Source: Lytechinus pictus
Taxonomy: Eukaryota
Direction of reading: 5' to 3'
Length of the DNA stretch: 64,000 bases
Assembly (NCBI RefSeq): GCF_037042905.1
Contig: NC_087252.1
Coordinates: 558,001-622,000, forward strand
Positions 24,862 to 37,305 of the stretch are shown piece after piece. The position numbers and the translations under genes were made by a program. How positions within the stretch are numbered: the stretch's first letter is position 1; every line of letters starts with the position of its first letter. A model generated the notes under the pieces. That model made no database searches. It was given only the letters and a program-made list of their open reading frames with translations, and was not told the origin of the DNA.

Positions 24862-25285
24862 GCTACTACTACTACTACTTCTACTACTACTACTGCTATC
24901 ATTACTAATACAACACTATAATCCTATGACTATTATCGGAATTATGAAGGCGCTAAGATTATGCTTCTTTGAGCATTTTTATTTCAGGCCACTATCTTAC
25001 ACATTCACTGGCGTATTGAATGGGAGGGGGCCTTTGGGGCCATAGACCCCCCAAATTTACAAGACTAAGAAAAATGAGAAAAGGATGTGAAGGAAAAAAA
25101 GGCGATTTGTGACAGCATCATGTCAACATCTGCAATCTAAGGTTCAAGTTTTTTTTCTAAAGATAAAAGAAAAAATATCTCACTCGCTTCGCTCGCTCCC
25201 AGACTTTTAGAAATCTTGCCTAATGGCGTCATATCTGCCCCCTCAATTTTTTTTTACTTCAATACGCTTCTGCATTACTTACCAT
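16431..25285 (-). CDS. Secreted EGF-like + C-type lectin protein, copy A (223 aa)
   Basis: Exons (minus) 25285-25283 (ATG), 24537-24483 (signal-like [18 protein letters not shown]), 23654-23562, 22777-22670 (EGF), 19390-19109 and 16561-16431 (CTLD with QPD); all GT-AG, phases compatible, 672 nt open frame ending TAG. The 5' exons are less certain than the EGF/CTLD exons. Confidence 0.8.
17954..18996. mobile_element. hAT-like non-autonomous element with 8-bp TSD
   Basis: CAGTGGCGTA ... TACGTCACTG termini, TSD GCCTCGTG (17946-17953, 18997-19004); orthologous copy at 55566-57134. Confidence 0.85.
19109..19390 (-). CDS. Lectin copy A exon (CTLD N-terminal half)
   Basis: [15 protein letters not shown]...SYQAAKDHC...LVSVESDEE...WIWLNC; donor A|gtaagt. 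Confidence 0.9.
20231..22355. mobile_element. Three Kolobok-like MITE copies including a 775-bp tandem duplication
   Basis: AGGCCAAGTC.../AGGTCAAGTC... left ends and GGGGTGGACTTG right ends; near-identical ORFs at 20648 and 21423; paralogue has empty sites (e.g. actTTAAggaac ~59255). Confidence 0.8.
22670..22777 (-). CDS. Lectin copy A EGF-like exon
   Basis: [33 protein letters not shown] six-Cys EGF; ttacag / A|gtaagc. Confidence 0.9.
23119..23510. repeat. (CTA)n microsatellite
   Basis: Two long ctactacta tracts. Confidence 0.95.
23717..23812. repeat. (GAA)n microsatellite
   Basis: gaagaagaa tract. Confidence 0.9.
24642..24900. repeat. (CTA)n microsatellite
   Basis: ctactacta tract producing the poly-Leu/poly-Val ORFs. 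Confidence 0.95.
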
Positions 25286-27814
25286 GTTGATGAAGGCCCA
25301 TGTACTTGCCGTGTTCTGTTTGAAGAATCTGAAGTTTCATTAAAATATGGTAAGCTTGGAATGTCAGGTAAAGCGTTGCAAACTATCACATTTTTAATAT
25401 AAAAAAAATCAATCTAATTAAAGCGCTCGTAAACGTCATTTTAATCGTACATTTCGGGGTCACATAGACCGTCCTTGCCATACCTCATACATTTATGAAG
25501 AATCGCCAAGATTGTCTAATTGAGAAAGTGCGCTCTAGAGTAAATTCAATGTTTGATTAGTTTATTATTTTTTCAATTCACTGTTTCTTTTATGCAATTC
25601 TACATGGATGGATGGATGGTGCAGAAAGGAAATGAAAATTCCTTCGTTATGATATAATTTGAGATCAAAATGTTAATCAATCTTTTATGATGCCCAACAC
25701 AATTTAAAGAAAAACCATGTATCATAAACACAATGACACTACATGCATTAAAGTAATTTAATAGTGAAGAGCAGTCGAGGTCTCCTCAGAGGTGAGACGA
25801 GTTTGCTGCTGCAACAGTCGCATCGGGCTTTCTTTTATCTAGTAGGGTTAGGGTTGCAATAGGTTCCATGAGCCTAATTACAACAGGAATACTAAAGATA
25901 TTCTTTCGACCCAACCCATTCCATTTTTAAAAATTTGATATTGCTGATTGACAAAAGTGTATGAATATAAATGAAAATCTCACGTTGATTCTGGAAATGG
26001 TAACTACTGAACTGTGTTTGCCCAAAATGGGAAGATATATCAATGACTTTGGAACTATTTTTTACTGGCGGAAGAATTAGGGCTATTTTACTGCTTCAGT
26101 TGATAAATTTGATCCCATCATAGTTATCTTCATAAATGGCGATTTATTCTTAAAATGAGCTGGCTACAATACCCTTCTCTGGTCAGAAATGGAATATCAG
26201 ATATATATCCTATCCAATGGTAGTAAACATTCGACCCTCTAATTTCACGTATATTTTCAATTTTTTTTTAAGTGCCATTTTAACACACAAGTCTAAGGGG
26301 AATGTTTTACACGTGTGACACCAACTGCCAACTCGTCCACTCACCACATGGCCTACCTTCATATAGTCTAATGTCACTCCCTCCATTAACATTTCATCTT
26401 TCATTCATTTGGTCCAATCATCATTTCCTCTAATCACCAGTTCATTTATGACAATTTCGTCACATAATCAGTTGGTCTATAGTATCTATTTTATTTTCAC
26501 TAATTTCGCTCAATTAACACTTAGTCCAATTATACCAAATGGTATGGACTAAATGGATATTGGACCAACTTGTTGTTGAACGATATTGTAACTAGACTAT
26601 GTGGATAATGGATGAACTGATGATAGACCAAATTATAGTACACAATTTACGGTAATTGGACGAATTGGTATTATAAACCGTTTTAAGGTAGGGTATAGTG
26701 TTAAATGCAGGGTTGAAGTTACAATGTATTTTTATGCCAAGTAAACATATATATCACGGGGAAGTTCTTCTAGTAATACTTGTCATGCCCGCTGAATGAT
26801 TTTTTTCCCAAGGTCCGCCAAACCATCCAGAAATACTCGATTCCACTGGTTTACCAGACGGCATCGCCGCATCAGTCACGTGCGTCGCAATCAACAGGTA
26901 TCCAGCTCCTGAATTCCACTGGAATCTAGGAACGACTGATCTGACCAACGAATCAAAGACAGAAAAACACATGAATGATAGCCATAGAGTTATGGCATGA
27001 AGCGTGCTAACGTTCATTCCTAATAAGAGAGATCATGGCCGATATCTTACCTGTAATGTTGCAAACCCGGGTAGTTGGTCTAGGAGCGTACGGATAATGA
27101 TCATTGTTACATGTAAGTTGGTCTTGACGTACAATACTGTAATCGCTTTGGTAAGGTAGGTCGGTAAGAGATTCTCAGTCTCGGTTATCATATTCATATC
27201 ACAAGCAAATCGAATTCTTTGGATGCTCTCTTTGGAAACCTCATTAGGTCTTAACAGCTTATAAAACGTATAGAAAGGGAGATTATATTAATGTTTATGT
27301 TTTTGTTACAACCTTCTATCCCTTTTCTAAGCTTTTTAAAATCTTCTAACGGATACCAAATGAACATGAAATTATCCTTAAACACCATTTACTATAAGTT
27401 TTAAAAAGTGTGAAGCTCAGATCCTTTGTCTTCGATCCTTCGATCCAATTTCATGTACCACATGAATTTTAATTATTCATACATGCAGATCCTCCAAGCA
27501 TCGTGGACCGTCGAACTTCAGATGATACTGGCAACATTTCTGTATTATTCTCCTGTCAGTCAGGTAGATGCTATACCAAAAGCTAATTCCATCCACTGGT
27601 TTTTCAATGGATCAATATTGGAGAATGCTTCTGATGTCACGATCAATCAGTTTGACCGACCAGGAAGTAAAACAGTTAGAACGAGCACGCTGATGATAAT
27701 GAATTTACAAGAGTTCATTGAGGGACAATACGTCTGTGAGGCCATGACACCACTTGGCAACGACAGTGATGACATCGTGTTTAACTTGTGTGAGTTGACC
27801 AAATTTAGCATATA

Positions 27815-29252
27815 CAGTGCGTCCCAAAAAAAATATACACTTTTGAACTGGCTGCCAAATAAAAAATGTAGCATTTTTGGGGAAAAGACTTATAGATATG
27901 GAAAGCCAATAAAGCCAACTTTCAAATGACACCAAAAGGTTGGAAAACTATTCATGCTTGAGCGAGCACTGCCCACTGAAACAAAGGGTATGAAAATTAG
28001 GGTGGGCCGGAATTAGCCTTCCAATTTCTTTCAGATTTTTTTGTTTGGTACTTGCAAAGTTGAGGGTTTTTTGGTAAATTAAAGATCAGATATGATCAGT
28101 TTGTTGTTTGTGAAAATTTGATGCGTTATTAAATTGAAATTTAATGCATGACTGATTATGAATTGCAATTTTTAGTGCAACATTTTGTCTTTATCATGTG
28201 GATCTCAACAATGTGTTCATGACAGTCAGGACAAGAGGGGGTAATATGACTTAGGTAGGTGAAGTACGTTGATGAGATAAAGGTCAACAGAACATTTAGC
28301 AACCCCTCCCCCCATCTCTACCCCCTCCCCCTACTTCTCTCCTCCTGAGAGACTAAGTTTGGCTAGGCTAGGCAGGAATTAACCTTACAATTTGTTTTAG
28401 AGGTTAGTCCTTTGGAACTTACAAAGCTAAGGGTGTTATGCTATTTATGAGTGAGATAAGTTACGGTTTCTTAGGCAAATTTTATGAGGTACTAAATTGA
28501 AATGTAATGCATGAGTGAACAGGAATTGTAATTTTAGTGTAGCATATTCATCTTGTTGACCTCGGAAGTGTGTTCGTGAGAGTCAGAGTAATGTGATGGT
28601 ACCTGTTACAAGCAAGAGGGCGAAATATGCTAAGACTTGGTTAGAAGGGCATTCCTCTTCTTTTTGTCCTCTTACAAATTAAAAGTCATATGTACCCTCC
28701 CCTCTCAACCTCCATTTCCCAACCGCCCCCCCCCTCTCTCTCTGTCTCACTTCCTGGATTGTAGCCTATTCAAAACTTAACTGCCAAGTGATCGGTGGCT
28801 GATGGTCAATTTTTTATTGAATGCTTACCAAGAAATTTAATGATTATGATGATTAATGAAGTAATTTATTGAAAAAATGAATGTTTGATTGATCACATTG
28901 CACATTGCATGAGTTGATTTACTGATAAATTGTTGATTAAAATGATAGGAAAAACTTGATGCCCCAATTCAGAATTAATCATTAAATAGCCATCAGTCTC
29001 TCAACAGGAGGGGAGGGCGGGAAAGAGGGAGGGGGTGGGGGCTGAATGTTATGTTGACCCTTATTCCATCAACCTACTTCTCCCACTTAAGTCCTATCTC
29101 ACCCCCTATTCTCCCGACTCCCATGAACACATTGCTTAGATCCACATGATGAAGTTGAAATGCTGCCCAAAAAGGGTAATTTATGTTCACTCATGCATTA
29201 AAGTTCAATTTAATAATTAAAAAAAGTGTATAGTTTTTTTGGGGACGCACTG
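27815..29252. mobile_element. Non-autonomous Tc1/mariner-like element
   Basis: TA|CAGTGCGTCCCAAAAAAAATATACACTTTT ... AAAAGTGTATAGTTTTTTTGGGGACGCACTG|TA; no transposase ORF. Confidence 0.85.
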
Positions 29253-29437
29253 TATACATCTTTTCATTCTAGACAGTTTGGTAAACAGCAAAGTGTAGGA
29301 TGGCTTCTGTAAGCCTAACCCTGTGTAAATTTAGAAGTGTTCCTTGTAAAAAAAACTAAATTATAAGAACGACCCAAGGAACAGGAGTTAGTGAATTGTG
29401 AAAGGTATCATTAATAAGTCAAACATGCTGATATTAA

Positions 29438-30014
29438 AGGAAACCAAAACCCAAGAAGAGAAGTAATCATATTGGAAAGAGTAAAATGAGACGAATAATT
29501 CAAAAAAAGTTTCATCAAAATAGGTTATGAAATAAGCAAGTTATGGGAGTTTGAAAACTCTTGTTGTACTTCTATGGGCATCCTCAAATTGGCAAACGTG
29601 CTTCAAAATGGCTGATTTGTGGACAACTCTCCATTTGTTTTGTACACAAATTTTCAGATTTTCCTCATTATCTTTCAAATTGCATCTTGCCTCCTTCTGA
29701 GCACAACATATGTCATGGGAAAATATAATCCACACAATATATGTCAAGGTCAGGAGGAGATAATGTGAAATATTTAAAATAAAGGGGAAAATCTGAAAAT
29801 ATGTGTACAAAACAAATGGAGAGTTGTCCACAAAATCAGCCATTTTGAAGCACGTTTGCCAATTTGAGGATGCCCATAGTAGGTACAACAAGCCTTTTCA
29901 ATCGTCCATTACCTGCTTATTTCATAACCGATTTTGATGAAACAGTTTTTAGATTGTTCCTCTCATTTTACTCTTTCCAATAAGATTGCTTCTCTTCTTG
30001 GGTTTGGGTTTCCT
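29438..30014. mobile_element. Kolobok-like MITE with ~250-bp inverted arms
   Basis: TTAA|AGGAAACCAAAACCCAAGAAGAGAAG ... CTTCTCTTCTTGGGTTTGGGTTTCCT|TTAA. Confidence 0.85.
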
Positions 30015-30772
30015 TTAAGATCATATGCTCTATTCCATTCCACATAGGGCATGTGTAATTGTAGCTGTCTAACCACTCCTATTACAAGTACGCGTTTTGT
30101 GTAGCCGCCCTGGGTCCTTATTTTGAAAGTACATGTATGATCATAATCGTGCTTTTCTTTTTTTTTTCATAATGTCTAATAAAACCCTGTTATTAGCAAT
30201 ACAAAGATCATAAATTAACATTTCAAAAGCAGGAGTGCTGCGTGATGGACTTAGGTCTAATAATGAGTGGTAAATTAATGTCCCGAGTAACAACGTGTGT
30301 ATTTCTCTGCTCCTCGATTCTTCAATGACCGTCAGAGCGGTAATGCCATCCTCACATGTAGATCAGACAGTAGACCAACAGCCTCTTTGTTCTGACTCTG
30401 GAATGGCACAGAACTCAACAACAGGAGCCGTCATCAGATCCACGAATGTCCATCACAAGAGGATACCCTGACCTCGGGTGTTTTGATCATTTCAAACATT
30501 TCATCAAAATACGATGGCGTTTATATCTGTTTGACTGAGACGGTGATTGGGAACGATAGCGAGACTATGGTTCTTTTATATTCTGGTAAACATGGTAAAG
30601 CTATTGATATCAGGCCGAGCCACATTTTCATTAATGAACCATGATTCTCTCCTTAGAGGAATAACTACGTTGTAATCGAAATGTGATGTTGAACTTTCTT
30701 TGTGATGTTAATGATCGCTTTACACTTAATGTCCCATAACCGTTAACATCAAGTCTTTTTAATTCCATTCAG

Positions 30773-31066
30773 CCATCCCAGATCCACCTTATCGGCTCAT
30801 CGTCAACCAAAACCAGACGACATCTTCAACTCTCTTAGTTGCCTGGCAACCGGGATTTGATGGCGGGTTTCAACAGACGTTCAATCTGGAATACTGTTCA
30901 AACGACACAGTGGCGAAGAAGGAAGAATGTGATGTTATCACCAACCTGACACAACCATCCTTCAGACTAGATGGACTAAATCCATTCACCTGGTACCGGT
31001 TGACACTATGGGCAGAGAACAACGCAGGGAACAGTAGCATGGTTATGGCAGTGGCTTCAACAGCTC
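30773..31066 (+). pseudogene. FN3 exon of the nephrin-like gene (itself open)
   Basis: IPDPPYRLIV...LLVAWQPGFDGGFQQTFNLEY...LDGLNPFTWYRLTLWAENNAG; ttcag / C|gtaagt. Confidence 0.85.
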
Positions 31067-33158
31067 GTAAGTTTGTATAAGCAATGAGAGTGGACTGAAA
31101 TCATAACAAACAAAATGTTGAATTAACATCTTCTCTACCAAGGATTATAAACATTTTATCAATGAACACACACAAAAAGGAGATCTTCCTCTTCAATTCG
31201 ATGTAACATATTTTCTGTTACAGTGGAAAACATCGCAATAATGTTTTGATGATTTTCATGACTTTCATTCTCTAAGTATGTTTCTTATCTTAAATACCAT
31301 AATCAGAAGGATAACTTCTTCATTACACAAGGCTTCCAAAATAAGTTCGAGTATCTAGTGTAGAATATAAGGTTTGATTAAACAATGCATGAACATAGTC
31401 CTGACATTTTTTTCACCATGTGCAATTTATCATGTTAACTTGTATTCAAAGTTTAATTAATGATCGTGATCAAGACATAGTTTCAGTTTATGAAAATGCT
31501 TAGCCATTTGATATTTTCGTATTTGCTTGCATTGAAATCGAAACATTAACCACACTTTCTTGCTCGAGATAAAGGACCACTTATGAAATGCAGTTGAATC
31601 ATATTTCTGTTTCTTTTTCTCAAATGTGCTTCCTTGTTGGGCATACAGCACTTCAACCAGAGAACTATGGTAAGAAAGAGGCCTTATATTAATTACATAT
31701 TTTCGCTCTTCTGTTTCCTTCTCCCATTAAAACATTCACTTTCTATGCATACCTGTATTGGCAAAGATGGCCATTATTACCACATGGTACGTGGATCTAG
31801 CAAATCCATCCAGAATAAATAACTTGGAAAATATTGCTCTGTATTAAAGAAAATAATTACCAATTTATTGTTTTTGGGGGATATTTGAAATGATATTTGA
31901 ATAATAACATAAAAATACTTTAAAGTAGAGAATAAACTAACTTTCGTTAAAAACAAGGCCTTTTGCAGTAGTAATAATTTGGGCATTTTAATAATCCTTG
32001 ATGTCTGTCTTCCGTTTGTTAAAATGTCCATTATTTTACAAGGACAAGGACATACAACTTTACGGTAAACAAAATATTAAACATCTTCATTTATCGTATT
32101 GCTTATTCATTAGAGTAGAAAGTGTGATTTTTTTTATTTATTTTTCGGTGGTTCTTTCTTTATCATAGTTTCGGGGAAATAGATAAAAACATTTGTTCCT
32201 TCTGTCAGCAAAAACTCTCTAACATACAACTCAATGATATTTGTATTAAGGTTGGATCATACTCATTTTATTCTTTGTAAACGTCGCTCAACTGTCTTCT
32301 ATTTTTTCCGATTGAAATCCATTTTAAACCAATATTTTGTCTCTCAATAGCACAAGTTATGTTTATAAATATACAGTAAATTTGATATGGTGAGGTACAA
32401 ATGTTGCATTTCTTTAAAATTAATGTTCATATTACAGGCGTGTGGGTTACTCGAGTCAAGGAGGGACAAGCGCTTCAGATATCAGCAGCAAGTCAGTCGT
32501 TGGATGAACTCTGCTTTATTTTGAAGACCTCCCAAGAGAGTTGTCCTCTTGTGAATGAATCAAAGTGCATTGGCAACGAGATAGAGATCATCATTGACCC
32601 GGAAGATGACGTAGTTGTGGTGACCTATGGGAGAGGGTTATGTAGTGAACCAGACGATATAAAAGGTAACCGTTTGTACTTATTCTCCATCGATTGTGTC
32701 TCTTTCATCATCTATTTTTTTTATTACAGATAAATTAAAATAACAACAAACACTACACGAATAGATTATAAGACGACTTTTATTCTGCAGAAAATCTATA
32801 TTGGAAAGTAAAAGAGAACTGAATAAATGGTTGTATAACATATATATAAAAATAAAATAAAAAAATTGAATGAATAATTGCATTTGGCGATGTGCAAAAT
32901 GTGAGGGAATGGATAAGTCAACGACTCACTGTGTACACGGATTGAGGTATGTATAAAATGTGTGGGCGGATGTGTGTGAGGGTCGATCAAATGCGAGCGT
33001 GAGTGCTGAGTGAGTTACAAACAGTTTTCATCATGTGTGAAAAATTTTATGGCGACATTGTGCGTGGGATAAAATGTGTTCGGCTCACAACTAGGACTTG
33101 ATACATAAACGCTACAATTAATTTGCTCTCTTAAACAATTAAGTAATAACTGCACCTA

Positions 33159-33326
33159 CACTCTAAAAAACGAAGTGCTAATTCAGCTCTTAAAGAGCGT
33201 GTATAGTGACTGCACTTCGGAGTACTGATTTTTTAGTTCAAATTTGAACGAGAAAATCAGCACTCCGAAGTGCAGTCACTATACACGCTCCTCAAGAGCT
33301 AAATTAGCACTCCAGTTTTTAGAGTG
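33159..33326. mobile_element. 168-bp near-perfect palindromic MITE, TA-flanked
   Basis: TA|CACTCTAAAAAAC...GTGACTGCACTTCGGAGT / ACTCCGAAGTGCAGTCAC...GTTTTTAGAGTG|TA. Confidence 0.85.
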
Positions 33327-35293
33327 TATCATTTTAATAAACTAGAGTATTTCAAGCTCATGAAATATGGGGCCATCATGCACACTGATATTACATTGAT
33401 TCTTGAAATGGTTATAACATGATGATGTATTCACAATATCTCATTGGTCGGGGTTTTACCCTCTCATCCTAGATCAACCTGGTCAGGAAGGCCCATCAAA
33501 TAATCGAGGAACTCCTTACATGATAATTGCTATTGGTGTGATTGCTTCAATCGGTGTCATCATAGTAATCTCACTTGGTCTGATGTACTTTAATGGATTT
33601 ATGTGCTGTACCAACCGGAAAAAAGGTACGTTTCAGAGTAAATGATTTACCCCTACCAATATTCATCACTAAAGTATTAAAAATAAATATGTCCATTTCA
33701 AATATTCCAGTACTTATCATCCCCAATCTCGATTTATAGTAACAATATTTTTTTCCAAACTTGTCATTCATTTCACTATTTGATTTAACACTCAATATCA
33801 GTTTGTTTGTATGTTGTTGTATTTTTTTTCTTTTTTGTGATTCCAACATCTGTCGAAATGTTAATGTCCACAAATCCATGACGTAACGAAACTTTCATGT
33901 AATTAAATAAGTAAGAAGAACCTTTCAATACATAGAAAATATAGCCAACAGCCATTCTTAATTAACAACCGACATGAACGACGTGTTTGATAATAAATTG
34001 AAAGGGGGTGTTTTTCTCTTTTTTCTCAAAACGATATGAATGGGTGCATGGATATGTTTTAATGTATTGGCTGTATGTGCTCTCTGAATACATAGTTCCT
34101 CCCCCCCCCCCCTTGTTCCGGGAGTTGTACATTATCTTTAGACAATTTAGGACACTTTTTTTCTTCTAAATTTCTACATTTTAAGTTTTTACCCTCGAAC
34201 ACAAATTTCTACATATACATGTATATCATTCTTATTTTCTTTTTTTAGAAAGGAACAAGTAACAGTCTTAACATCAATGAAATATGTTAGTTGTGTGGTA
34301 ATTTTGGATTACAAACTGTTCGTCAGAGTTATAAATGCAGTCGAGATTCAAGATCCAGGTGAATTAAAGATGTATCTGACATGTAATAAATATTTGTTTT
34401 AATTGTTTGATTATTGCACTGACGATTTCATGTCTTGGATTTTTATGCATTCCCTTACAGCCAACCGAAATGCAACTCAGCATCAAGACAGTATGGTATG
34501 TTAATTTTTATCTCCTTGTTTTTTTTTTAACCATAATAATGAATAATGTCTTTATGTATTTCTTCTACACTGTAGGTAAAAAGAAAATTATAGAGAATGG
34601 AAATTATTCAAAAATTAATATGATAATGGTTCAACTTTTAGTTAAGTATAATATTATTAATGTACTTGCATACCTATGTGTCAACTGTGTATTGATATCA
34701 GTATGATTTTTTTCCTTGTTTCATATAATGTTTTTTAAAACTTATTTAGTATCGTTAAAAATCCTTTCTGTTAGTTTAGAAAGTCTAAATATGGATATTA
34801 TAATTATCGGCAAAATGGATATCTAAGCAATTTATCACTTTTTCGATTAGGTCCTTTACATCTTTATACAAACATTCCAAATAAGATGTCTTTTAAGTAT
34901 TAAGAATCCTTTTTACGTTCCCGATATAACATGGTTTGTACATTTCAAATTCCTACACATTGAATAGAAAAACACATAAACAAGAATACAAAGGGAGCTT
35001 AGTATGTAATAGAATATTACTCGGGAGTGATGAAACTGTTACTATCCTCAGTGTATTCCCAATGTTTTTTTTTTATAAAGTACCCTTTTTCGAGCATACG
35101 GATACGTACCTCAAGTGCTCATTCTTTATCCTTTTTTATATTGGGTGGTAATTTTTAATTGTGCTCAAAATCTATTACTAGCCTTTTTCAAGATGCTGCA
35201 ATGGTCCTGACAAACTTGATTTCCCAAACTAGTTTATTTTTATCAATAGTGCATAATCATATAATCTCATTATCCTCATTTCACAACATTATA

Positions 35294-35294
<1 letters not shown>

Positions 35295-35341
<47 letters not shown>

Positions 35342-35600
35342 GCGTAAAATAATCCAGACATGGATGCTAGACGTAGCTTTCAAAGGTATCTCATTTAATG
35401 CTGGCTTTCGTCCAGTAGGGCCTTCATCAGGCATATATATATTGAAACAAACAGAACAAAATAGAACAAAACTATACAAATAAAATGGTAATAACCAGAA
35501 AGTAAATAAAGAGTATACAAAACGTACACAAGGAAACAATAAATTAACAAAAAAATAAAAAAGAGTAGGTAATGAATAAAACAAGATGGTTAAGTACAAT
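35295..35600 (-). mobile_element. Penelope-like terminal fragment with degenerate hammerhead ribozyme core next to (TA)n
   Basis: Minus strand 35434-35401 reads GCCTGATGAAGGCCCTACTGGACGAAAGCCAG; (TA)n at 35295-35338. Confidence 0.45.
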
Positions 35601-36909
35601 GGAAAACGATTTGGTAACTTAAAATGTGAACTAAAGGCAAAGACAAGACATAGTCTAACGTCTGTTACGATCTTATAAGCGAATCGTGCTTATAGTGTAA
35701 CTCGCCGGGTAAGTTCGCGTAGAAGTGTTCTATTGCAAATATAATGTACGAGCGCACAGTGAATGGGGAGTTTATGCGAGAATATCGCTTCAAATAAAAT
35801 ATTCACACACAAACACTCTGTATGTTTCTTTTTTCCAACTACTTACGTTTTTCCCCGGGGGGCCACTTCCATTGACGAGTGGATACCATGCGCGACCATG
35901 GGGTCTCGAAAAGCACCCTAAACACGTAATTTCCATATTCTTAAAATGCACCCCTTAACAAGTATTGGCGTGTGAAACCCTACCCTTAACAAGTATTGGG
36001 AACAAAACGATACTCTTGGCAAATATTCCCTGAAATGAGCCCCTAAACAAGTACAGGAATATTTTATTGTTATATGTCACGGGTCCTTCGGTTGTCGGTT
36101 TTCATTTGGTTTATAGTACGACCCCACCTTCCACACCTCGCGCAAATCGGACTCTAAACACGTAGTGTTGGGGCAAAAAGGACATCCTTTATAAAACATT
36201 TTAATTTTGTTTCATCATCCCCGCAAATTTGACCCTGAACACGTTACTTTCCTAGCGAAATAGATACCCTTTTTTCATTTTTTTTTTGACACCCTTATCA
36301 CGTTACGTACGTAACGTGCCCTATCTTGAAAAAGACATCCTTTTTACGTGTTTTGGGGGTGGGGAGTTGTAGTCCGTTCTAGAAAAAAACACATCTTTCT
36401 CATCACAAAATAAAAGAGATTTAAGACATATAATAACCTGGTAAAAAACTGCAGCATATTTTTCATTTAGAGCAAATCATAGGCGATCGTGTACGTGTGC
36501 ATGTAGTGGATCCTATGCGTGCATCCGGTGCGTTGGTGTACAAACAAATGGTACCAAACAACACAGAGGCAGTGCGCGCACACACTGGACACATTTTCAA
36601 TAAGCTAGGAAGCGAGTTACACTATAGCAAGAGTTTACAGTTTAAGACCGTAACAAACGTCCATGTCATGATTCTTTTATGCCTACATACAACATGACGC
36701 GTTGTAACACACGTTGTGCAAAGGGCCCTCTTCCTTTATATATGTATATATGTTTATTGTTTTTTGGGGGAGGAGGTGAAAATTTTGCCCCTAGATTAGA
36801 GTCGTAGTAAATAAGATGACAAGTGAAAAATAGGGTAACTATACAATTGCTTTGAGATAATCAATCTCGATCTGTCCATAAAAAAACCCCATTCATTTTG
36901 TTATCATAG

Positions 36910-37305
36910 GAGGGACAAGGAATCTATACTGAACTCGCAAAGGACAGGCCATCGCACTCCTCAGGGCAAGGTACAAGCTACTACATGGACCTAAAGCCTA
37001 CCAATCCTACATCAACCGCCGAAGCGACCTCCGAAGGCAGGGGAGACCATGACTATGATACTCCCAATGTTTCTAATACCGCATATATGGATGCAGACAG
37101 TAAAGATGGACACGGACCAAACCATGACTACGTAAGCCCTAGTTCTTCTCCAAAGGGTTCTGAAAGTCATTATATGAATACCGACGGGATGGTATTTGAG
37201 AGTGAGTCTGATGGCCGACAGTCCATCAACCATCTTTACTCGGGAGAAGGAGATGGAGATGAGACTCACATCTATATGAATATGAAACCTATGCAGATGC
37301 CGTAA
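36910..37305 (+). pseudogene. Last exon of the nephrin-like gene: Tyr-motif cytoplasmic tail (itself open)
   Basis: EGQGIYTEL...SYYMDL...DYDTP...AYMDA...DYVSP...HYMNT...IYMNMKPMQMP*; acceptor catag at 36909. Confidence 0.8.

Larger units (their letters stand above)
14060..26720. repeat. Segmental duplication unit 1 (carries lectin copy A)
   Basis: Collinear similarity with 50160-61305 from GATCTCTGCTCTA (14061 vs 50162) to GGGTATAGTGTTAAATGCAGGGTTGAAGTTA (~26690 vs ~61275). Confidence 0.9.
26813..37305 (+). pseudogene. 5'-truncated nephrin-like Ig(x3)-FN3-TM receptor pseudogene
   Basis: Exons 26813-27112, 27489-27789, ~30310-30585 (Ig), 30773-31066 (FN3, WQPGFDGG), 31649-31669, 32438-32665, 33473-33625 (TM), 34249-34285, 34461-34495, 36910-37305. 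Lesions: TGA 26998-27000, TCAG duplication 27556-27563, acceptor reads TG at 30308-30309, TGA 30393-30395, apparent 1-nt frameshift ~34249; no signal/N-terminal exons found. Confidence 0.8.

Noticed and set aside
29541..29891. 116-aa ORF
   Set aside because: Lies inside a palindromic MITE; no domain features.
26998..30395. In-frame TGAs as selenocysteine/readthrough
   Set aside because: One replaces the conserved Ig Trp position and they co-occur with a frameshift and a dead acceptor; pseudogenisation is simpler.
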